This document shows, piece after piece, positions 1 to 7,664 of a stretch of 30,004 nucleotides of DNA; positions within the stretch are counted from its first letter, which is position 1; each line of letters starts with the position of its first letter. The DNA comes from a virus (Duplodnaviria > Heunggongvirae > Uroviricota > Caudoviricetes). The position numbers were made by a program, and so were the translations under genes. The stretch lies in the IMG/VR virus record IMGVR_UViG_3300032268_000658; one strand, given 5' to 3'. The notes beneath the pieces were generated by a model that saw only the letters and a program-made list of their open reading frames with translations, was not told the origin of the DNA and made no database searches.

Positions 1-2017
1 AGTAACATGAGTCCTGAAGTAATCTCTGAAGTTCAGAGTTAATCAATGGCATCATGGTCTTCAAAATTATCTTAGAAATTCCGTTCTTACCATAGATGTC
101 GACGTAGATTTTATAAATCTTCTCACGTTCAAACTCCTCGGCAATTCTAAGAATGAATCCGTTATTCTTTTCGATACGAGCTTCAAGGTTTTCAATTTGA
201 GTTCCATTGGTATTTTGAATTTTCTCATACCCCCTCTTCTCTCCAATCAATTCATCAATACGTAAACCAGCTTTCACCAGTTGGGCATCAATCTCATTGT
301 TCTTCTTAATCTTGTCCTGAACTTCCTCGTATCTCTTAAGTTTGTCTTTGACATTACTTAACTTCAACTCATTGGATTCCAACGATATCTCGTGTTTCTC
401 CTTGATAAGTTTGTTTCTCTCGTATTCGTCAAAGTCTTTCTTAAGTTGAGTGTAGGATTTTTCTTTCTTGTCAAGTTTTTCATACTCTTTTTCAAGAGTC
501 TTAACTTTCTTTTCCCAATCCTTTAACTCATCAATTTTTTTCTTTGTAAGAGCCGCTTCCATCAATTTGATTCCGCAGTGCTCACATTGAATCCCATCAC
601 CATACTTTTCAATTAAGGTTTTAATGTCCATAATCTCCTTGTTGGCAATGAGTAGGTCATCTCCCGTTTTTCTTAGTTCATCTTTAATCTCATCATGTTT
701 GTCTTCGTGATAGAACTCCTTAGGTTCAACGATTTTGATTTCATTGATTTGTCCTTTAATTCTTTCACTTGAACTTTCAAGGTCTGAAATATCAGATTGT
801 AATTTGATAGGATTAAGAACAATCAAATCTTTGTCCAAGTCTGTGAATTTAGACCCGAGTAGATTGTCCTTATACTCTTGTCCCTTCTGAAGTCGATTAT
901 CAACGTCACCAATTTTCTTGGTCATGTCTTTAATTTCATTCTTCATTCGAGTAATCTCTTCAGATGATGTCTCGTTGTCCTGTTTCAAAGACTCCGTGTT
1001 ATACACATTAGACATCATTCCTTTTGAGAACTCAGAGTAAATTTCCTTACCTGTCTCTTCCTTCTTCTTCAAGAATTCAAGACCTAAGAAACGGCTTAGT
1101 ACCTGACCACGTGCTGTTGGTTTCGCCTCCAATAAATCCTCAAGGTTAGATGCAGTTGTAACGATTGTCATCAAGAAGTCATCCATCGTTCCGATAGATT
1201 TTTTCATGAAGTCCTCAGTCTCTCTACGTTGTTCACCTGTGAAGTTTTGAAGTTGTCCGTCAGCAAGTTTTTTAAAGAACTCGAGCTCTGTCTTAACATT
1301 CCATTCACCAGCTTTGGATTTCTTTCGTTCAATCTGACGAGCAATAACATATTCCTCTCCGTCAATCACGATGTCACCCTTAACACTAACCTTGTTAATG
1401 TCTGTAAATCTATTAAAGATTTCTTCTGCCTTCTGGGTCTTCGTAGTGGTGTTAAAGAACAAGAACAATAGTAAGTCCACAGTCAATACAGTCTTACCAC
1501 CAAAGTTAGGTGGGTCTGATTCAACCACGGTAATACCATTACACTTCTCGAAGTCGATTACTTGGTTCTCACCATAAGATAAGAAGTTACTAAACTCAAT
1601 CTTTTTGATGTACCATCTTTTGAATGGAGTAACCTCAACTTCGTTGGCCGCCATTCTGTTTTCTACCGCAAGGTCAATATTCATAACTTGGTCCAAGTAT
1701 TGGTCTTGTCCCTTAGCTTCAAGTAATGACTTGATTAACTCTATTTGGTAGTTTTTGTCCATGATGTTCACAGAAACATCAACGGTTTGTTGTGTATCAT
1801 CAGTCGTCTTCACCTTTGTGATTACGTTGATGTTAGAAGAGGCGTACTTCTTCATGAAGTACTGTTTTACCGACTTAATCCTCTCTTGAGTAAAATTCTC
1901 TGGTGTATCCTCCCAAATGACTTGGATGTACGGATTATCCAAAGTAGTTGTATCTAGCTTTGTCGCCATATGTTTGTAATTAAACGTTGGTGGTGGATTG
2001 AATAAATCCCATTTCAT
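1..2017 (-). CDS. sbcC: SbcC/Rad50 (T4 gp46-like) SMC-family ATPase with an about 130-aa N-terminal extension; partial, runs off the left edge
   Basis: Hand translation from ATG 2017 (alternative in-frame ATG 1969) is open to the window edge. It shows WYIKKIEFSNFLSYGENQVIDF (SMC first strands), Walker A variant ESDPPNFGGKT, a long coiled coil, zinc hook IQCEHCG and pre-C-terminal KTMMPLINSELQRLL. Absent from the ORF track because no stop lies in the window. Confidence 0.93.
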   Translation of the reverse strand, partial: MKWDLFNPPPTFNYKHMATKLDTTTLDNPYIQVIWEDTPENFTQERIKSVKQYFMKKYASSNINVITKVKTTDDTQQTVDVSVNIMDKNYQIELIKSLLEAKGQDQYLDQVMNIDLAVENRMAANEVEVTPFKRWYIKKIEFSNFLSYGENQVIDFEKCNGITVVESDPPNFGGKTVLTVDLLLFLFFNTTTKTQKAEEIFNRFTDINKVSVKGDIVIDGEEYVIARQIERKKSKAGEWNVKTELEFFKKLADGQLQNFTGEQRRETEDFMKKSIGTMDDFLMTIVTTASNLEDLLEAKPTARGQVLSRFLGLEFLKKKEETGKEIYSEFSKGMMSNVYNTESLKQDNETSSEEITRMKNEIKDMTKKIGDVDNRLQKGQEYKDNLLGSKFTDLDKDLIVLNPIKLQSDISDLESSSERIKGQINEIKIVEPKEFYHEDKHDEIKDELRKTGDDLLIANKEIMDIKTLIEKYGDGIQCEHCGIKLMEAALTKKKIDELKDWEKKVKTLEKEYEKLDKKEKSYTQLKKDFDEYERNKLIKEKHEISLESNELKLSNVKDKLKRYEEVQDKIKKNNEIDAQLVKAGLRIDELIGEKRGYEKIQNTNGTQIENLEARIEKNNGFILRIAEEFEREKIYKIYVDIYGKNGISKIILKTMMPLINSELQRLLQDSCY

Positions 2018-2019
2018 GT

Positions 2020-2193
2020 TTATGCTGTTGGTTGTTGTCCACCTGTTTTAGCTGCGTCATATTCTTTCTTCAAGTCTTCAAGTTGTTTCTTCATGGATTC
2101 ATCAAATATTTTTTGCATTGCATTTTTTTGCGCATTGATTTTTTGATTTCTTGCCTCAACTTTTTTTCTGTGCTCTTTTTCTTTTTTGCCCAT
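2020..2193 (-). CDS. Small Lys/Glu/Gln-rich helical hypothetical protein (57 aa)
   Basis: Hand translation MGKKEKEHRKKVEARNQKINAQKNAMQKIFDESMKKQLEDLKKEYDAAKTGGQQPTA*. It fills the gap between 2195..2398 and sbcC with 1-2 nt spacing, as expected in an operon. Confidence 0.75.
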   Translation of the reverse strand: MGKKEKEHRKKVEARNQKINAQKNAMQKIFDESMKKQLEDLKKEYDAAKTGGQQPTA

Positions 2194-2194
2194 T

Positions 2195-2398
2195 TTATAA
2201 TCCTTTTTCAGTTATTTTAATTTGTTCTGTTATTACGTTATTCTCAGGGTCGAACAATTCCCCATTCAAATATTTTCTAATAAGTTTACGACCTTCTTCC
2301 TTAATCATTGAATCGATATCAGGTTCTGTTTCAATAGAAGTATTCATAACATCTGCCACCTTTACAGTAATCGTATACTCTGCGCTAATTCTTTGCAT
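2195..2398 (-). CDS. Hypothetical protein (67 aa)
   Basis: Tightly packed in the minus-strand operon, 1 nt from its neighbours. No recognisable motif. Confidence 0.7.
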   Translation of the reverse strand: MQRISAEYTITVKVADVMNTSIETEPDIDSMIKEEGRKLIRKYLNGELFDPENNVITEQIKITEKGL

Positions 2399-2399
2399 A

Positions 2400-2753
2400 T
2401 TAGTCTTGTTTTGGTCTGTTCAACTCATACCATTCAATGATTGAATTGATTGCCCATACCGAACCTGACGCTAACATACCATCAAAGAACCATGATGCCC
2501 ATGGAGTAACTCCAAGTATTTGGTGTACAGGTGAATATAAGAAAATTCCAAAGAAGAATCCAATCCATGTTGATGCACACATCATACATTTAATCATATC
2601 ACTTACAAAGATAAAGAATCCGCGTAAAGGATATTTTGGTGTGCTTGACGCTTTATTAATGAAGTTTCTTGGTCCGTTGAAGATACTTCCGTAAACAATT
2701 ATGTTGGTCATCCCGTAGGCCATGACCATCCATAGTAATAGTTGTGTTATCAT
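2400..2753 (-). CDS. Small membrane protein, DUF1360-like (hydrophobic segments with CxxC-x-S-x-W)
   Basis: Hydrophobic N-terminus, MIKCMMCASTWIGFFFG motif and further hydrophobic segments. ATGA overlap with the upstream gene. Confidence 0.6.
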   Translation of the reverse strand: MITQLLLWMVMAYGMTNIIVYGSIFNGPRNFINKASSTPKYPLRGFFIFVSDMIKCMMCASTWIGFFFGIFLYSPVHQILGVTPWASWFFDGMLASGSVWAINSIIEWYELNRPKQD

Positions 2754-2950
2754 ATTTTGTGTTTTAATTCGTTACTTAATTTTATTTTTCTTACTCCTGG
2801 GTCTTTGGGTTCACAGTTCCCACAATGCCACACAATTTCAAAGTGTTCATTACTACAACATTCACATTTAATCCCGTACCTATAATACTTACGATATAGC
2901 TGACCTTCGTTATCACAAATCTCACATTTACCCCATTCGATTTCTCCCAT
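2750..2950 (-). CDS. Small Cys-rich putative zinc-binding protein (66 aa)
   Basis: CEIC...CECC...HCGNC. Start overlaps the upstream stop by 1 nt. Confidence 0.65.
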   Translation of the reverse strand: MGEIEWGKCEICDNEGQLYRKYYRYGIKCECCSNEHFEIVWHCGNCEPKDPGVRKIKLSNELKHKI

Positions 2951-3678
2951 TATCTATATAATTTGTCGTCCAAGTTGGACCCTTTTAAAAATAAAGCTTT
3001 CTTATCATTATTAAACTTTTGAATGTCTTCAATTGTTTTTTCGTATTCTTTAATCTTTTTATCTTTATCGATATTATCTTGTTTCAACTTCTGAACTGTG
3101 TTCTGAAGTGCTTCAAGTTTTGGTTTCCAATTGTTATCAGTCGATTCTTTTTCTACAACAACTTCTTTTATTACCTCCACGATTTTCTCGACCTCAACTT
3201 CCTTGATTACTTCAACAGTTTCAGGTAGTCTGTCTTCCAACTGTTGTATTTTTAACAACAGTTCATTTGTCTGAGTGTTGTCACTAATGTATTCTATTTT
3301 TGTGACAACTGTCTCAATAGGAATCTCCTTAATCACCTCTTTAATAACTACCTTGTCGATAGGTATCTCTTTAATGACCTCAACAATCTTTTCAACTATA
3401 ACTTCCTTAATTACTTCAACAGGTTTTTCAACTTCAACATATTCAATCCTCACAACCTCTTTTTCTTCGACTACAGGGACTTCAACATACTTGATGACCT
3501 CTTTGATTACTTCCTTCTCAATAGTCTCTCCTCCGCTATTTAAAAGACCATACCTCTCAATATTAAAACCGGTTGTAAAGGATTTCTTGACAACTTCACT
3601 AATGAGCAAGTCATTAAGGTTACAGTAAGACAACAAATCTTTATGTTCTGTATTTGAAAAGTTAATCTTTAATTCCAT
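2950..3678 (-). CDS. Hypothetical protein with Val/Ile/Glu/Lys repeats (VIKEV, EKIVEV) and a C-terminal coiled coil
   Basis: Repeats visible in the translation, e.g. EKEVIKEVIKYVEVPVVEEKEV and EVIKEVIVEKIVEVIKEIP; heptad-like C-terminus. Confidence 0.8.
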   Translation of the reverse strand: MELKINFSNTEHKDLLSYCNLNDLLISEVVKKSFTTGFNIERYGLLNSGGETIEKEVIKEVIKYVEVPVVEEKEVVRIEYVEVEKPVEVIKEVIVEKIVEVIKEIPIDKVVIKEVIKEIPIETVVTKIEYISDNTQTNELLLKIQQLEDRLPETVEVIKEVEVEKIVEVIKEVVVEKESTDNNWKPKLEALQNTVQKLKQDNIDKDKKIKEYEKTIEDIQKFNNDKKALFLKGSNLDDKLYR

Positions 3679-3679
3679 A

Positions 3680-4459
3680 CTAATAATTAACTAGCTTTTC
3701 AGTTCCTTCAACTAAATTGTCAATCGAGTTAATATAAAATGATAAGAATGGTTTAGGGTTTGGTAAGTCAATAAAGTCATACTCGTCTTTGGCAATATCA
3801 TAAACACCATAACCATGTTTGGTTACTTTCTCACCAAAGTTTTGTTGGATAGTTGAACCAATCATGTATGCTTTCTTTCCGCCAGGGATGTCAAACACTT
3901 GTCTCTTGTGAATATCTCCACACAATACAAGGTCACAACCTTTGAACTTACTCACATCAAATCCATCTTCGAATTTATAACCGATGTCGGTATAAAGTCC
4001 TTGGATAGGTCCGTGAAATAAACCAATGTTCTTATTCTTTGATTTGTTGATGTCTGGTGGGATGTTATGTTCCATTAATGAATATACACACCAATTAACA
4101 TTATCGTCCTCATATACCCCTCTATTCTTCAAATAGACAATGTTCTCATTGTTAAGTGAATCAATGATTGGAGTAAGAGCATCAAGTCTGGTGTTATTGT
4201 TTTCAAGGAAGTCGTGATTACCAATGATTACTATTGTTTTAGTAATCTTGGAGCATTCCGTTAGAATCCACGCGACGAATTCTATAAGTTCAGGTGTCAT
4301 TTGATTCTTTGAATGAACCAAGTCTCCTGTAAAGACAATTCTATCTGGCTGAAGTGTTTCCCATTCTTTTAACGCAGATTCAAGGATTCCACGATACAAA
4401 TCATGGTCCTTGAATAGTCTTACGTGTAAATCAGAGAAATGAACAAGTCTATTAATCAT
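3680..4459 (-). CDS. sbcD: SbcD/Mre11 (gp47-like) metallophosphoesterase nuclease, short form (259 aa)
   Basis: All five phosphoesterase motifs: HFSDLH, FTGDLVH, IGNHD, LFHG, CGDIH. Followed by YMIGSTIQQNFGE and GYGVYD; near the sbcC-like gene. Confidence 0.9.
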   Translation of the reverse strand: MINRLVHFSDLHVRLFKDHDLYRGILESALKEWETLQPDRIVFTGDLVHSKNQMTPELIEFVAWILTECSKITKTIVIIGNHDFLENNNTRLDALTPIIDSLNNENIVYLKNRGVYEDDNVNWCVYSLMEHNIPPDINKSKNKNIGLFHGPIQGLYTDIGYKFEDGFDVSKFKGCDLVLCGDIHKRQVFDIPGGKKAYMIGSTIQQNFGEKVTKHGYGVYDIAKDEYDFIDLPNPKPFLSFYINSIDNLVEGTEKLVNY

Positions 4460-4688
4460 TAATTAATGTTTTTTCATTTTCTTCAAAAGGATTAAACCCT
4501 TTGTTTATGTGCCCACAAGATTCACATTTGTAAATCGGGAACGGTACTGTAGTGTCTTCAGATGAACCAGTCATAAGAGCAGAAACACGTTTAAGATAAA
4601 TAACTTCTTTGAAGTAGATTCCCTCACAACTTTCACATTTGATGGTAGGACAATCTCTTAAATTAATTTTTGGTTTTTCTAATTGCAT
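4452..4688 (-). CDS. Zinc-ribbon protein (78 aa)
   Basis: Two CxxC pairs (CESC...CESCGH); overlaps the sbcD start. Confidence 0.75.
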   Translation of the reverse strand: MQLEKPKINLRDCPTIKCESCEGIYFKEVIYLKRVSALMTGSSEDTTVPFPIYKCESCGHINKGFNPFEENEKTLIND

Positions 4689-4719
4689 ATTGTGTTTTAT
4701 TTTCTTTTATAAGTTTTAA

Positions 4720-4751
4720 AAAATATAATAAATAATATTCGTTTTTACAAA
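4720..4751 (-). promoter_or_regulatory. Candidate Bacteroidota-type promoter TTTG-N20-TATATTTT with a TATTTAT motif inside the spacer
   Basis: Minus strand TTTG at 4751-4748, 20-nt spacer, TATATTTT at 4727-4720 (one mismatch to TAnnTTTG). TATTTAT at 4734-4728. Confidence 0.5.
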
Positions 4752-5593
4752 TATTTTTTCATATCCATGTCCATTATGATATCAATAACATCTTGAGGTA
4801 CTTTATATTCATCATATTGAGTGTCATCTTTAAGATGTGATATAACACATCCAAATAATTTAATGTCTTCATATTTGGTACCTTTTAACATCTTCTTTAA
4901 TAACTTACCATATAAGGGTAGTTGAAGGTAGTAGTGACCAAGTGCTGTGTCATCATATTTGGTGAATGGTTGTAACATTTTCTTAGTATAATTTGTTACG
5001 AGAAAGTTCTTTGGTTTATTAGTTTTCCAATCCGTGATAACTAATCCAAACTCAGTATTAAGTCTGTTCATCATTAACCAAATCTTATCGGGTTGTCCTG
5101 TGTATCCTAATTCAGGGTCTCCAAGAACCATCTCCGTGTCTAATAGAACCGCTCCTCTTTCCTCCATTAACTTGAGATACTTGTTACCCGCAACAATCAT
5201 ATTATCACCCTTCATCATCTGTGTTAAATCACAGTTGAAGTCAGGTTGTCTCACCTCTTTATAATTCCCATTTCTTTTAATGAGTTCACTCTCTAATACA
5301 AAGTGAACACGACTTCCCATGTTAGTAGAATACTCACCTGCCGCTGCCCACTCTTCAATCAACTCTTGTTGTCTTTGTGGGTCTCCACCTGCTTTATTGT
5401 AAGCCGCCTCCTCAGTTGGAAACTCAGTATAGAACTTCTTTAATACTTTGGAAACTGAAGGGTAATCCTTCTTTCCGTTCATTGTGTATATGTGGTCTTC
5501 CTCTTCAAAGGTTAGTCCAAGTTCTTGTTGTCTTTGAGTAATTAACTCTCTAATTTCTTCAGCTACTTTATTTAATTTCATAGTAATACTCAT
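4745..5593 (-). CDS. PD-(D/E)XK superfamily exonuclease (lambda-exo/RecB-like fold); true start may be 5581
   Basis: YPSVSKVL, GSRVH, YTGQPD, ITDWKTNK and HYYLQLPLYG motifs. Confidence 0.85.
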   Translation of the reverse strand: MSITMKLNKVAEEIRELITQRQQELGLTFEEEDHIYTMNGKKDYPSVSKVLKKFYTEFPTEEAAYNKAGGDPQRQQELIEEWAAAGEYSTNMGSRVHFVLESELIKRNGNYKEVRQPDFNCDLTQMMKGDNMIVAGNKYLKLMEERGAVLLDTEMVLGDPELGYTGQPDKIWLMMNRLNTEFGLVITDWKTNKPKNFLVTNYTKKMLQPFTKYDDTALGHYYLQLPLYGKLLKKMLKGTKYEDIKLFGCVISHLKDDTQYDEYKVPQDVIDIIMDMDMKKYL

Positions 5594-6482
5594 CTATTTG
5601 TCCTCGTAAATCACAGATGTCTTTATCACCAGGTAATTTAACAATTTTTATTTTGTTATATAATCTACCACCGTTCAACTCGTGGTATAGTTTTAGTCCA
5701 TCTTTCCATGCATCACCGTCAGTACAGATGATTATATTCCCATTGGCTCTGTTGTATAAGTTTTCAAACAATAACTTACTCATCTTCTTCCCTAACATTA
5801 CAATAGAGTTTTCTAAAAAGAATCCGTCAAATGCTCCTTCAACCAAATAGACATCTTTCTCCCAATCAATTAATCCCTCGTTAAATATAATCTCATCTTT
5901 AGGAACCGTCGGGTTCTTGTATTTCATTTTGTTTGATATCCACGCCCTTGCAACAAAATAGTTTAAAGTACCTTCAGTGTTGAAGGATGGGACAATAATT
6001 CTATAGGCGAAGTCTCCTGATACGGTATACCCTATCTTATACTTCTCAATAATTTCTTCGGTAATACCTCTTGAGGTAAGATACCTCATGGCTTCAATGT
6101 GCGGTATAAACCTTGCGTTTGAATCTTTAAAGGTTGTATAACCTTCAGGAAGTCTTAATGTTGGTCGTTTAAGGTCTTCTTTCTTTAACTCCTCAGGTTT
6201 GATTAAGTTGTATAGTTTCTTTTGAGCTTTGGTTCCGTGTTTGTCAAATAACTTACCAAGAGGTCCTTGAGTTCCGTATGTTTCACCACAAGACCAACAC
6301 TTATAAACGTGTTTACCGTAGTTAATCTCAAGGTTACCTTTACCATCACCATGGTCTAACCCCTTATCTTCAGCACAGACAGGACAATCAAATGATATTT
6401 GACCTTTGGACTCGTAGTGTTGTTTGGGTTTCCCCAACACATCTGTAAGTAACTCTACTAATACTTCTATCTCATCTGACAT
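5568..6482 (-). CDS. dnaG: DNA primase, DnaG-type, with N-terminal zinc ribbon and TOPRIM domain
   Basis: CPVC...CWSC zinc-binding domain; RIIVPSF, YFVAR, KYKNP; TOPRIM YLVEGAFD, CTDGDAW and KDICD. Confidence 0.92.
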   Translation of the reverse strand: MSDEIEVLVELLTDVLGKPKQHYESKGQISFDCPVCAEDKGLDHGDGKGNLEINYGKHVYKCWSCGETYGTQGPLGKLFDKHGTKAQKKLYNLIKPEELKKEDLKRPTLRLPEGYTTFKDSNARFIPHIEAMRYLTSRGITEEIIEKYKIGYTVSGDFAYRIIVPSFNTEGTLNYFVARAWISNKMKYKNPTVPKDEIIFNEGLIDWEKDVYLVEGAFDGFFLENSIVMLGKKMSKLLFENLYNRANGNIIICTDGDAWKDGLKLYHELNGGRLYNKIKIVKLPGDKDICDLRGQIDEYYYEIK

Positions 6483-6486
6483 ATTA

Positions 6487-6494
6487 TAAAGATA
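6487..6494 (-). promoter_or_regulatory. Candidate -7-like element TATCTTTA, 4 nt upstream of the primase ATG
   Basis: Same TATCTTT core and 4-nt distance to ATG as the 7036-7043 element. No TTTG -33 box found at 19-21 nt. Confidence 0.4.
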
Positions 6495-6499
6495 GTAAA

Positions 6500-6664
6500 T
6501 TATTCGGTAATGTCATCTTTTGGTTCTATCCCAATTATGTTGTTTCTCCACCATTTACCAAATCGTGAATTTTCATCAATATTTTTTTCAACCGTTATCA
6601 TCATAACAAAAAATATTGAGGTGAACATAAGGAAAAAAATCCATATATAGGCAATTATTATCAT
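6500..6664 (-). CDS. Small single-pass membrane protein (54 aa)
   Basis: Hand translation MIIIAYIWIFFLMFTSIFFVMMITVEKNIDENSRFGKWWRNNIIGIEPKDDITE*. Starts 1 nt after the upstream stop; below the ORF-track size cutoff. Confidence 0.7.
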   Translation of the reverse strand: MIIIAYIWIFFLMFTSIFFVMMITVEKNIDENSRFGKWWRNNIIGIEPKDDITE

Positions 6665-6665
6665 A

Positions 6666-7031
6666 TTAAGACCATTTTATTTTGTTGACATTCTGATACT
6701 CATCTATATTAACACCAAAATATCTCATTCTCATTTGAATATCTTTCAAAGAGTTTTTTCTGATGTATCGATTTAATTTGACTTTGGAAACACTAACTCT
6801 TCCATTAGTAATGATGTCGGAACTATACCACTTTCTATTTTCGTTATAGAGTCTAACAAAAATTTCTCCCTTGAATTCAATATCAACCTCACTTCTATAT
6901 TGATACTTACGATAATTTTTAATTATGATAGTACCTTTAAGGCCTTGATTTCTAACAGGAATTTCTCCCCATTTAACAAGTGATTTCTTAATAGCTTTGG
7001 ATTCAGTGTCGTCTATGGTATATCGTGGCAT
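6666..7031 (-). CDS. Basic hypothetical protein (121 aa)
   Basis: Intact ORF directly downstream of a consensus Bacteroidota promoter; Lys/Arg-rich; no recognised family. Confidence 0.75.
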   Translation of the reverse strand: MPRYTIDDTESKAIKKSLVKWGEIPVRNQGLKGTIIIKNYRKYQYRSEVDIEFKGEIFVRLYNENRKWYSSDIITNGRVSVSKVKLNRYIRKNSLKDIQMRMRYFGVNIDEYQNVNKIKWS

Positions 7032-7035
7032 ACCA

Positions 7036-7067
7036 CAAAGATAGTGAAAAGGTTTGGATTTACCAAA
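7036..7067 (-). promoter_or_regulatory. Bacteroidota housekeeping-sigma promoter TTTG-N20-TATCTTTG
   Basis: Minus strand TTTG at 7067-7064, 20-nt spacer, TATCTTTG at 7043-7036. Exact match to the TTTG-N19-21-TAnnTTTG consensus; ATG follows 4 nt later. Confidence 0.75.
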
Positions 7068-7662
7068 TTTCTTTCATCTTCATGTAACCAAGGGCTGCAC
7101 AATAGGCATCAGATTGGTCAAAGTTTTCTTTCTTGAGTGTGTTGTTTTTGGTGTATTGCCAAATAATTTGTGGTTCTTTTTTTGCAACCAATTCCCATAT
7201 AATAACTTTTTTATCTATGTCTTTTGGTAGACCTCCAAATAAAACGTGTTTTCCTTTGTCATTTGATTGAACTAGGTGTGGGAAGGCAAATTTTCTTGAG
7301 TTATATGTTGAAATGAATTCAGGTACAACTCCTAATATTTCATAAATTTCTTTACATACTAAAGTATTGAACCTCATTAAGGTTCCAACTGTATATACGT
7401 TGTTTGAGTTTAAAAGTGGCTCTTCGATAACCACACTGGTAATTCCCATACCAACATAGTCTCTAAGTTTCTCTCTAAAGATATTACTTTTTAAAATTAA
7501 TTCTTCAATCTTATTCTCAACCTTTGGGTTTGGAACAGGCGATATATGAGTTAACTCCAATAAATTATTTGATTCAATGTCGAATAAAGCCCAACCGATT
7601 GTTTTGGTGGATACGTCCAATCCTAATACTTTTGGAGAGTCCGTCTGAATGTTTTTTCCCAT
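7060..7662 (-). CDS. ruvC: RuvC-like Holliday junction resolvase (RNase H fold)
   Basis: VLGLDVSTKTIGWALFD, VVIEEP and FDQSDAYCAAL carry the acidic catalytic positions typical of RuvC-like nucleases. Confidence 0.82.
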   Translation of the reverse strand: MGKNIQTDSPKVLGLDVSTKTIGWALFDIESNNLLELTHISPVPNPKVENKIEELILKSNIFREKLRDYVGMGITSVVIEEPLLNSNNVYTVGTLMRFNTLVCKEIYEILGVVPEFISTYNSRKFAFPHLVQSNDKGKHVLFGGLPKDIDKKVIIWELVAKKEPQIIWQYTKNNTLKKENFDQSDAYCAALGYMKMKEIW

Positions 7663-7664
7663 AA

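Noticed and set aside
4745-5593. Cas4 or CRISPR adaptation gene
   Set aside because: Generic PD-(D/E)XK motifs without the Cas4 four-Cys Fe-S cluster; no array or other cas genes; replication context explains it.
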